From Candidatus Arthromitus sp. SFB-rat-Yit (GTDB taxonomy: Bacteria > Bacillota > Clostridia > Clostridiales > Clostridiaceae), in contig NC_016012.1 in assembly GCF_000283555.1 (NCBI RefSeq), positions 360,001-392,000 of the forward strand: a stretch of DNA of 32,000 bases, written 5' to 3'. Shown piece after piece: positions 9,450-17,072 of this stretch. Within the stretch, counting starts at the first letter, position 1. Every line of letters begins with the position of its first letter. The notes under the pieces were generated by a model. It had not been told where the DNA came from and did no database searches. It was given only the letters and a program-made list of their open reading frames with translations. Made by a program: the position numbers and the translations under genes.

Positions 9450-10427
9450 ATGAAAATGGGAAAATTAAATTTAAAGGATTTTGATGATGTAATTAAAAAT
9501 TACATGGGAATAAAAAAGAAAAGCACATTATTATCTTCAAGTATTGGTGAAGATAGTTGCATTATTGATATTAAATTAATTAAAGAGGATTTTATACTTA
9601 TATCGTCAGACCCGATTACATTTACATCAAAGGATATAGGGAAATTATCTATTATAATAAATTCAAATGATATATACGCAACAGGAGGAAATGGATATGG
9701 AATTATTTTAACCATATTAATTCCAGAGAATAAAACGATGGAAGATTTTAGGTCTTTAATGGAAGAAATAAATAAAGAATGCATAGAACATGATTTGGAA
9801 ATTTTGGGTGGTCACACAGAAGTTACAAATATTGTAAATGATATAGTAGTATCAGTAACCATTATAGGAGTAGCAGACAAAAAAGATATTGTAAGAACAT
9901 CGACTTCTAAAAAAGGTGATTTGATCTTTTTAACAAAAACACTTGGAATAGAAGGAACAATTCTTTTATTTGATGAGGTTAAGGATAAATTGAGTTGTAA
10001 TTATGATGAAGATATCGAAAAGTTTAAAACTTATCTTAGCATAAAAGATGAAAGTAGAATACTTAAAAATTTTAATATTACATCTATGCATGATATAACA
10101 GAAGGTGGACTCATTGGAGCATTACTTGAGATGAGTTATGCATCAAAGAATGGTTTTAGAATTGTGAATGAAAATATAGAAATTCACAAACTTACAAGGG
10201 AATTATGCTCTATATTAAATAAGGATGTATTGCGTATTGTATCTTCTGGGAATTTAATTTTCACATCTAATAAAATGTATAAAAACGATATATTAGATGC
10301 GTTTTATGATAAAGGAATAGAGTGTAGTGTAATAGGGGAAGTCATAGATGATGGAGATTATTTTATAAATTATAATGGTATAGATAATAGAATTTTAGCA
10401 AATATAGAAGATTCTTACTTGTTTTAA
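9450..10427 (+). CDS. AIR synthase-related protein, HypE/ThiL-like
   Basis: GGAGGTG SD before ATG 9450. Motifs SSSIGEDSCIIDI, SNDIYATGGNGYG, LGGHTEV and SMHDITEGGLIGALLEMS match the AIR synthase superfamily. Confidence 0.8.
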   Translation: MKMGKLNLKDFDDVIKNYMGIKKKSTLLSSSIGEDSCIIDIKLIKEDFILISSDPITFTSKDIGKLSIIINSNDIYATGGNGYGIILTILIPENKTMEDFRSLMEEINKECIEHDLEILGGHTEVTNIVNDIVVSVTIIGVADKKDIVRTSTSKKGDLIFLTKTLGIEGTILLFDEVKDKLSCNYDEDIEKFKTYLSIKDESRILKNFNITSMHDITEGGLIGALLEMSYASKNGFRIVNENIEIHKLTRELCSILNKDVLRIVSSGNLIFTSNKMYKNDILDAFYDKGIECSVIGEVIDDGDYFINYNGIDNRILANIEDSYLF

Positions 10428-10440
10428 GGGGATTATATTT

Positions 10441-11043
10441 ATGAAGATGATTGTTGCAAGTAACAATGATAACAAGGTAAAAGAAATAAAAGATATATTT
10501 AAAGATTTAAATTTTAATATTGTATCTTTAAAAGATGAGGGTATTTTTATTGATGTAGTTGAAGATGGTAAAACTATACATGAAAATTCTTATAAGAAAG
10601 CTAGGGTGATATATGATTATTTATTGAGTATTCATTATAAAGATTTTTGTGTGTTAAGTGATGATAGTGGTCTTATTATAGATTCTTTAGGAGGAGCACC
10701 TGGTATTATGAGTGCAAGGTTTTCCGGTGATGGTGCAACTGATGATGAAAATAATAATAAAGTTTTAAAATTAATGGAAAAAATAGATGATAATCATAGG
10801 ACTTCAAAATTTTTGACTGTTTTAACTATAATATTAGAAACAGGAGAGGAAAAACAATTTGAAGGTGAATTAAATGGTTTTATTCTAAGAGAGAAAAGGG
10901 GCGATAATGGTTTCGGATATGATTCGATTTTTTATGTAAATAAATTTTCTAAAACACTTGGAGAAATTACAAAAGAGTGTAAGAATTCTATATCCCATAG
11001 GTATATTGCACTAAACAAATTAAGAGAATATTTAAGTAAATAA
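10441..11043 (+). CDS. rdgB: RdgB/HAM1 family non-canonical purine NTP pyrophosphatase
   Basis: IVASNNDNKVKEIKDIF, VLSDDSGLIIDSLGGAPGIMSARFSG and GDNGFGYDSIFYV are diagnostic. Confidence 0.95.
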   Translation: MKMIVASNNDNKVKEIKDIFKDLNFNIVSLKDEGIFIDVVEDGKTIHENSYKKARVIYDYLLSIHYKDFCVLSDDSGLIIDSLGGAPGIMSARFSGDGATDDENNNKVLKLMEKIDDNHRTSKFLTVLTIILETGEEKQFEGELNGFILREKRGDNGFGYDSIFYVNKFSKTLGEITKECKNSISHRYIALNKLREYLSK

Positions 11044-11071
11044 AATTTTAAATAAAAAAGTAAAAATTATA

Positions 11072-11100
11072 TTGACAATATAATTATATCGATATATAAT
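11072..11100 (+). promoter_or_regulatory. Sigma-A type promoter for the tRNA array
   Basis: TTGACA at 11072-11077, 17-bp spacer, TATAAT at 11095-11100, about 60 bp before the first tRNA. Confidence 0.85.
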
Positions 11101-11159
11101 TGAATATGTTGAGAGCAGGAAATTAATATATTTTTAAAATGTTAGATTTCTTGAGTTAA

Positions 11160-11235
11160 CGGGGTGTGGCGCAGATGGGAGCGCGCGTGCTTTGGGAGCA
11201 TGAGGTCGCAGGTTCGAGCCCTGTCACCCCGACCA
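11160..11235 (+). tRNA. tRNA-Pro(TGG)
   Basis: Cloverleaf with acceptor CGGGGTG/CACCCCG, anticodon loop TTTGGGA, encoded CCA. Confidence 0.97.
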
Positions 11236-11238
11236 TGT

Positions 11239-11312
11239 GCGGGTATCGTATATCGGTAATACTCCAGCCTTCCAAGCTGGCAAGGTGGGTTCGATTCCCA
11301 CTACCCGCTCCA
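11239..11312 (+). tRNA. tRNA-Gly(TCC), copy 1
   Basis: Acceptor GCGGGTA/TACCCGC, anticodon loop CTTCCAA, encoded CCA. Confidence 0.97.
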
Positions 11313-11318
11313 AAATGT

Positions 11319-11395
11319 GGTGAATGTAGTTCAGTTGGTAGAGCGCCAGATTGTGGTTCTGGTTGTCGTGGGTTCGAGTCCCATCATTCACCCCA
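11319..11395 (+). tRNA. tRNA-His(GTG)
   Basis: Acceptor GTGAATG/CATTCAC with G-1 opposite C73, anticodon loop TTGTGGT, encoded CCA. Confidence 0.96.
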
Positions 11396-11402
11396 TAGAT
11401 AT

Positions 11403-11478
11403 AGGGATATAGCCAAGTTGGTAAGGCAACGGACTTTGACTCCGTCATGCGTAGGTTCGAGTCCTGCTATCCCTGCCA
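11403..11478 (+). tRNA. tRNA-Gln(TTG)
   Basis: Acceptor AGGGATA/TATCCCT, anticodon loop CTTTGAC, encoded CCA. Confidence 0.95.
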
Positions 11479-11482
11479 ATAT

Positions 11483-11558
11483 GGTTCGTTAGCTCAGGTG
11501 GTAGAGCACATGACTTTTAATCATGGTGTCCGGGGTTCGAGTCCCCGACGAATCACCA
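11483..11558 (+). tRNA. tRNA-Lys(TTT)
   Basis: Acceptor GGTTCGT/ACGAATC, anticodon loop CTTTTAA, encoded CCA. Confidence 0.96.
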
Positions 11559-11564
11559 ATGAAT

Positions 11565-11649
11565 GCAGGTGTGGCGGAATTGGCAGACGCACTAGACTTA
11601 GGATCTAGCGCCTTACGGCGTGGGGGTTCGACTCCCTTCACCTGCACCA
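11565..11649 (+). tRNA. tRNA-Leu(TAG)
   Basis: Class II tRNA of 85 nt, acceptor GCAGGTG/CACCTGC, long variable arm, anticodon loop CTTAGGA, encoded CCA. Confidence 0.96.
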
Positions 11650-11670
11650 TATAAAATTTGTATTTTTGTT

Positions 11671-11746
11671 GCGGGAGTAGCTCAGTTGGTAGAGTGCCAC
11701 CTTGCCAAGGTGGATGTCGCGAGTTCGAGCCTCGTCTTCCGCTCCA
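11671..11746 (+). tRNA. tRNA-Gly(GCC)
   Basis: GCGGGAG acceptor, anticodon stem-loop CCACC-TTGCCAA-GGTGG, encoded CCA. Confidence 0.96.
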
Positions 11747-11751
11747 AATGT

Positions 11752-11825
11752 GCGGGTATCGTATATCGGTAATACTCCAGCCTTCCAAGCTGGCAAGGTG
11801 GGTTCGATTCCCACTACCCGCTCCA
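11752..11825 (+). tRNA. tRNA-Gly(TCC), copy 2
   Basis: Identical in sequence to the tRNA at 11239-11312. Confidence 0.97.
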
Positions 11826-11831
11826 TATTAT

Positions 11832-11908
11832 GTGTCTTTAGCTCAGCTGGATAGAGCAACGGCCTTCTAAGCCGTAGGTCAGGAGTTCGAATCTCTTAAG
11901 ACACGCCA
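11832..11908 (+). tRNA. tRNA-Arg(TCT)
   Basis: Acceptor GTGTCTT/AAGACAC, anticodon loop CTTCTAA, encoded CCA. Confidence 0.97.
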
Positions 11909-11925
11909 ATAATTATTAATTTAGG

Positions 11926-11963
11926 AAAAGAAACGATATTTTATATGTATCGTTTCTTTTTGT
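11926..11963 (+). terminator. Terminator of the tRNA operon
   Basis: AAAAGAAACGATA/TATCGTTTCTTTT stem followed by T-rich sequence. Confidence 0.9.
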
Positions 11964-12011
11964 TTAATTAAAATTAATATATAAAATTTATTGTAGTAGG
12001 AGGATTTGTTT

Positions 12012-12911
12012 ATGCAAATAGGATTGATTGGATTAGGAAGAATGGGATTTAATCTAGCTCTAAATATGAGAGATAAAGGGCATGAAGTTGTTTGTTTCAA
12101 TAGATCTAAAGAAAAGGTTGAAGAAGCTATTAAAGAGGGGTTGCATGGAGTTTCTTCAATTGAAGAATTAGTTAATAAATTAGAAGGAAGAAAAGTTATT
12201 TGGATCATGCTTCCAGCAGGTAAAATTATTGATCAAATTATTGATGTATTGGTACCTCTTTTAAATAAGAACGATATAATTATTGATGGTGGAAATTCAA
12301 ATTATAAAGATACTTTAGAAAGGTATGAAACTTTAAAATTAAAAGGAATAGATTTTGTTGACGTTGGTACAAGTGGTGGAATTGATGGAGCTAGAAATGG
12401 CGCTTGCACTATGATTGGTGCTGAGGATGAAGTATTTTCATATATAGAGGAAGTAGTTCGTGATATAAGTGTTGAGAATGGATATTTACATTGTGGTGGA
12501 AATGGTTCTGGACATTTTGTAAAGATGGTTCATAATGGTGTTGAGTATGGTATGATGGCTGCTATTGGAGAAGGATTTGAAATTTTAAACAAAAGTAGAT
12601 TTGATTTAAACCTTGAAAAAGTTGCTAAGGTTTGGAATCATGGTTCTGTTGTAAGAGGATGGCTTATGGAGCTTGCTCATAATGCTTTTAGTAAAGATCC
12701 TCAGTTAGATAAAATAAAAGGTGTTATGTATTCTTCAGGGGAAGGACTTTGGACTGTACAAGAAGCACTTGATTTAAAAATACCAGCGACTATAATAACT
12801 CAATCATTACTTATGAGATATAGGAGTGAACAAGATGATTCTTTAACAGGAAAGTTGGTTGCAGCACTTAGAAATGAATTTGGTGGTCATGCTGTTAAGG
12901 ATAATAAATAA
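12012..12911 (+). CDS. gnd: Decarboxylating 6-phosphogluconate dehydrogenase, short (about 300 aa) form
   Basis: GLIGLGRMGFNLALNMRDKGHEV, DGGNSNYKDT, GTSGGIDGARNGACTMIGG-like block, HCGGNGSGHFVKMVHNGVEYGMM. ATG 12012 follows an AGGAGG SD. Confidence 0.93.
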   Translation: MQIGLIGLGRMGFNLALNMRDKGHEVVCFNRSKEKVEEAIKEGLHGVSSIEELVNKLEGRKVIWIMLPAGKIIDQIIDVLVPLLNKNDIIIDGGNSNYKDTLERYETLKLKGIDFVDVGTSGGIDGARNGACTMIGAEDEVFSYIEEVVRDISVENGYLHCGGNGSGHFVKMVHNGVEYGMMAAIGEGFEILNKSRFDLNLEKVAKVWNHGSVVRGWLMELAHNAFSKDPQLDKIKGVMYSSGEGLWTVQEALDLKIPATIITQSLLMRYRSEQDDSLTGKLVAALRNEFGGHAVKDNK

Positions 12912-12934
12912 TGTTTTTAAATTTTGGGGGGAGT

Positions 12935-14416
12935 ATGGATCAAATAAATACTAATGAACCAAATATATTTGTTATATTTGGAGCGACAGGGGATTTGACA
13001 TATAGAAAATTAATTCCGGCAATTTACAATTTATATATACAAAACTTATTACCTGAAAAATTTAATTTTATATGTGTTGGACGTAGGGAATTTTCTCAAA
13101 ATGATTATAGAAATAATGCTAAGAAGGCCTTGAAGGAATTTTCAAAATCCACATTTAAAGAAGAAGAATTTGAAAAGTTCTCTGAAATTTTTAAATATTT
13201 AAGGTTGGATTTTGTTAAAGATGAAAAGTATCAATCTCTTAAAGATTTGATAAAGAGCATGTGCGAAAAATACTCACATGATGAAAACATACTTTATTAC
13301 ATGGCAGTATCTCCAGAATATTTTTCTGTTATAGTAGATAAACTTAAGTCAAATAATTTGGCGGATAATACTAAAGGAATTAAGAGGGTTATAATTGAAA
13401 AACCTTTTGGAGAGAATTTAGAATCTGCTAGAGAATTAAATAAAAAGATGACAGAAACATTTACAGAAAATGAAATTTATAGAATTGATCATTACTTAGG
13501 CAAAGAGATGAGCCAAAATATAATGGCTATAAGATTTGCTAATCCGATACTTGAGCACGTATGGAATAACAGATATATTGATAATATTCAAATAACTAGT
13601 AATGAGTCTTTAGGAGTTTTAACAAGAGGTAAGTATTATGAAAAATCAGGTGCTCTTAAAGATATGTTTCAAAATCATATGCTTCAATTATTAACACTTA
13701 TTGCGATGGAGCCACCTGTGTCTTTAAGTACGGAAGATGTAAGAGATGAGAAGGTTAAGGTTCTTAAGGCGATGCCGATAGTTGATGAAAAATTTGTAAG
13801 AGAAAATATTGTTCGTGGCCAATATATTGAAGATAAAAAAGGTACTTTGAAGGCATATAGGTCAGAGGAAGATGTATCTTGTGATTCTATGGTTGAAACA
13901 TTTGTTGCTATAAAATGTTTTATTAACAACTATAGATGGACTGGTGTTCCTTTTTATGTAAGGACAGGTAAAAGACTTAACAAAAAGATAACGGAAGTTG
14001 TTATTGAATTTAAGAATGCTCCATTTGTTTTATATAATGAAGATAATAAATTACAACCGAATCTTCTCGTTATAAGAATACATCCTGATGAGAGAATATT
14101 TTTAAATTTGAGCGTTAAAAAGCCTGGAAATGAAAATGAAATCATACCAATTCAAATGGATTTTTGCCAGAATTGTCATTCGCTTGTTTCTACAGAGGCA
14201 TATGAGAAACTTATGTATGATGCTATAAGGGGAGAATCTACATTATTTACGAGATGGGATGAAACTGAGTTTTCTTGGAAGTATGTTGAGAAAATATTTG
14301 AAATATGGGATAACAATAAGGATATTCCTTTGTATAATTATCATTCTTTAAGTGAGGGACCATATGAAATGAATAAATTACTTCATAAAGAAAATATGAA
14401 ATGGTGGGATATTTAG
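12935..14416 (+). CDS. zwf: Glucose-6-phosphate 1-dehydrogenase
   Basis: IFGATGDLTYRKLIPAIYNLY, RVIIEKPFG, YRIDHYLGKE, VRTGKRL. Start likely ATG 12935 behind G6, not 12911. Confidence 0.95.
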   Translation: MDQINTNEPNIFVIFGATGDLTYRKLIPAIYNLYIQNLLPEKFNFICVGRREFSQNDYRNNAKKALKEFSKSTFKEEEFEKFSEIFKYLRLDFVKDEKYQSLKDLIKSMCEKYSHDENILYYMAVSPEYFSVIVDKLKSNNLADNTKGIKRVIIEKPFGENLESARELNKKMTETFTENEIYRIDHYLGKEMSQNIMAIRFANPILEHVWNNRYIDNIQITSNESLGVLTRGKYYEKSGALKDMFQNHMLQLLTLIAMEPPVSLSTEDVRDEKVKVLKAMPIVDEKFVRENIVRGQYIEDKKGTLKAYRSEEDVSCDSMVETFVAIKCFINNYRWTGVPFYVRTGKRLNKKITEVVIEFKNAPFVLYNEDNKLQPNLLVIRIHPDERIFLNLSVKKPGNENEIIPIQMDFCQNCHSLVSTEAYEKLMYDAIRGESTLFTRWDETEFSWKYVEKIFEIWDNNKDIPLYNYHSLSEGPYEMNKLLHKENMKWWDI

Positions 14417-15037
14417 ATGAGAATACATGATATATCGACTTTGATTCATCCAGATATGATTGTTTATAAAAATAAGGAGGACAAGAAACCTGTAATTACT
14501 GTTGTCAGTGATTATAATAAGGGGACTAGTTATGAAAGTAGAGCTCTTTTAGATATGCATGTTGGCACTCATATGGATGCTCCTCTTCATATGATAGAAG
14601 GTGGGGAAACTATAGATAATCAAGACTTGTACAAATGTGTTACTGATTGCAAGGTTTTTGATCTATCTCACGTTGAAGAGAAGATTGAGATGAAAGATAT
14701 AGATAAATATAGTATTTCAGAAAATGATTTTATAATTTTTAAAACTAGAAATTCTTTTTTGAAAGAATTTGATTTTAAGTTTGTATTTATATCGATAGAG
14801 GTTAGCCAATTTCTTGCAAAGAAAAAGATTAAAGGTATTGGTATCGATGCTTTAAGTGTTGAGAGGGATCAACCTAGCCATGAAACTCATGAAGCTTTCC
14901 TTAAAGATGGTATTGCTGTTCTTGAAGGATTGAATCTTAAAGATATTAATGAAGGGGAATATTTTTTAGTTGCCCTTCCTCTTAAAATAAAAGGAGCTGA
15001 AGGTGCACCTTCTAGAGCGATTCTTATAGAGAGATAG
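14417..15037 (+). CDS. Cyclase/kynurenine-formamidase-like metal-dependent hydrolase family protein
   Basis: Motif LLDMHVGTHMDAPLHMIEGG (HxGTHxDxPxH) and GIGIDALSVERD. Starts on the base after the zwf stop. Confidence 0.88.
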   Translation: MRIHDISTLIHPDMIVYKNKEDKKPVITVVSDYNKGTSYESRALLDMHVGTHMDAPLHMIEGGETIDNQDLYKCVTDCKVFDLSHVEEKIEMKDIDKYSISENDFIIFKTRNSFLKEFDFKFVFISIEVSQFLAKKKIKGIGIDALSVERDQPSHETHEAFLKDGIAVLEGLNLKDINEGEYFLVALPLKIKGAEGAPSRAILIER

Positions 15038-15060
15038 GTTAATGCTATCTCTCTTTTTAT
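15028..15060 (+). terminator. Terminator of the gnd-zwf-cyclase operon
   Basis: 10-bp perfect stem AGAGAGATAG/CTATCTCTCT (15028-15037/15045-15054) then T run. Confidence 0.85.
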
Positions 15061-15157
15061 TACCATAAATTACACGTCTATAAATTAAATTTAAACATAA
15101 TTGATTGAACATACTAATTTATATAGATTTGCACTTTAGATTTGAGGTTATAAGGTT

Positions 15158-16375
15158 ATGTTTGATAAATTAAAATGTTTGTTTAGTTTTAAGTGGTTTT
15201 ACATTGTACTTTTTATAATCTTAAGTATTTATACATTTTGGGATGAAATTCAAATTGGAAGTGAAACAATTAAGTTTATGAGAAGCGTTCAAAAAGATGA
15301 GAGAGTGCATGAGGTTTATTCGTTTAAAGATAGTAAAGTAAATATTATTAATATTGATAAAGAGTATTTTGAAGATAGTGAGTCTATTTATGATGGTGAT
15401 GTTAAATATATGTATTTTAGACCTATTCCAAATGAAAAATTATATAGCTTAGATATTAATAAGAATAAAAAATTTTATAATTCCCTTATAAGTATAGATG
15501 AGTTTAAGAGAGTTCTAGAGGAATTGTATAAAAATAATTACATGATAATTAATATTTCAGATCTATATGATCAGGTTTACAAAGAAGGAAATTTTAGAGT
15601 TAAGCGTAAGATATTAAATATTCCAAAGGGAAGGAAACCGTTTGTTTTATTTGTTGATGATTTTGGTTATAGTTCTTCAAAGCTTATCATTGATGAAGGA
15701 GATATGAAAGTTAAGATGATGAAGCTTCGAAATGGGAATGAAGAAATAACTGAAGAGGATAATGTAATAACAATTGTAAATAAGTTTGTTAGGGAAAATG
15801 AAGATTTTTCTTTTAATAATGCAAAAGGTGTACTTTCTATTGTTGATTCTGAATTTATATTTGGATATAACACAGGTAGAAATATTACTCGTAGATTGTT
15901 TATAGATAGTGTTAGGATTAAAAAATTATCAAATGATATTTATGAAGCCAAAAGGATAGCAGATAATCTTAAAGATGATGGATGGACATTTGCGTGCAAT
16001 ACATATGGTAATATAGATTTTAAAGATATAACCCTTAATTTGGTTAAGAATGATATGGACAATTGGTTTAGATATGTATCAAATATAATCGGATACACAA
16101 ATTTATTTGTTTATCCTGCAGGTGATGTAATAGATAAAAATGATGAAAGATTTAAATATTTAAATGAGAGTGGATTTAATATTTTTTGTTCATCAATAAA
16201 GAGGAGTAATAATAAGGACTGTTTTAAAATGGAGCAGTATGTTGATATAAGTAGGGACCTTATATGTTATGATACTATAAACTTGCATCGGGAGGGTGAT
16301 TATGATATATTGAAAAACATTATGGTAAATCCTAGAAAGGGTAAAAAAATACATAGGGATGGTATTTATGAGTAA
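15158..16375 (+). CDS. Membrane-anchored polysaccharide-deacetylase-like (NodB-fold) protein, catalytic motif apparently degenerate
   Basis: N-terminal TM segment; KPFVLFVDDFGY, FSFNNAKGVLSIV, LKDDGWTFACNTYGNIDF, LFVYPAGD resemble the clostridial deacetylase-like family. Confidence 0.65.
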   Translation: MFDKLKCLFSFKWFYIVLFIILSIYTFWDEIQIGSETIKFMRSVQKDERVHEVYSFKDSKVNIINIDKEYFEDSESIYDGDVKYMYFRPIPNEKLYSLDINKNKKFYNSLISIDEFKRVLEELYKNNYMIINISDLYDQVYKEGNFRVKRKILNIPKGRKPFVLFVDDFGYSSSKLIIDEGDMKVKMMKLRNGNEEITEEDNVITIVNKFVRENEDFSFNNAKGVLSIVDSEFIFGYNTGRNITRRLFIDSVRIKKLSNDIYEAKRIADNLKDDGWTFACNTYGNIDFKDITLNLVKNDMDNWFRYVSNIIGYTNLFVYPAGDVIDKNDERFKYLNESGFNIFCSSIKRSNNKDCFKMEQYVDISRDLICYDTINLHREGDYDILKNIMVNPRKGKKIHRDGIYE

Positions 16376-17072
16376 GATTGTTGAGTTTAAAGATGTTTCT
16401 AAACATTACAAGGTTGGAGAAATTACTATTGATGCACTTCATGATGTTAATTTTTCTATAGATAAGGGTGAATTTGTTGTAATCCTTGGTGCGAGTGGGG
16501 CAGGTAAAACTACTATTTTAAATATTTTAGGTGGAATGGATTTGGCATCTTCTGGAGAGGTTATTGTTGATGGTGAATATATTACTAATTTTAGTAAGAA
16601 TCAATTAACAAAATATAGGAGAGAACAGATTGGATTTGTGTTTCAATTTTATAATTTAATACCAAATTTAACTGCCATTGAAAATGTTGAATTTGCAACA
16701 AGTGTTTGTAAGGATTTTTTAGATGCTAAAGATATGTTAAATAGAGTTGGGTTATCTGAGAGAATAAATAATTTCCCAACACAGTTATCAGGTGGTGAAC
16801 AGCAAAGGGTGGCGATTGCAAGAGCGATTGCAAAAAACCCATTACTTCTTCTCTGTGATGAGCCTACGGGAGCACTTGATTATGATACGGGAAAGAAAGT
16901 TTTAAAACTCTTATATGAGATAAATCAAACACTTAATAAGACGGTTGCTTTAATTACACATAATTCTTTAATAGCACCTATGGCTGATAAAGTTATACAC
17001 GTTAAAAATGGAACTATAGAACGTATAGAATTTAACGAAAATAAGGTTCCTGTTGAGGAGATTGAGTGGTAG
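16368..17072 (+). CDS. MacB/LolD-type ABC transporter ATP-binding protein
   Basis: Walker A GASGAGKTT, signature LSGGEQQR, Walker B LLLCDEPTGALD. Start ATG 16368 overlaps the previous gene. Confidence 0.95.
   Translation: MSKIVEFKDVSKHYKVGEITIDALHDVNFSIDKGEFVVILGASGAGKTTILNILGGMDLASSGEVIVDGEYITNFSKNQLTKYRREQIGFVFQFYNLIPNLTAIENVEFATSVCKDFLDAKDMLNRVGLSERINNFPTQLSGGEQQRVAIARAIAKNPLLLLCDEPTGALDYDTGKKVLKLLYEINQTLNKTVALITHNSLIAPMADKVIHVKNGTIERIEFNENKVPVEEIEW

Noticed and set aside
11239-11312. Unusual D-arm of tRNA-Gly(TCC) (TC at positions 8-9, short stem GTAT/ATAC) as an aberrant tRNA
   Set aside because: The form matches what I recall of common clostridial tRNA-Gly(TCC), and both copies are identical with full stems, so it is probably normal.
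11166-11870. Several ORFs over the tRNA array (11166..11492, 11224..11448, 11489..11788, 11638..11859, 11658..11870)
   Set aside because: They read through tRNA genes. Peptides such as GVGIEPTLPAWKAGVLP and GSSSVGRVPPCQGG are well-known spurious translations of tRNA DNA.
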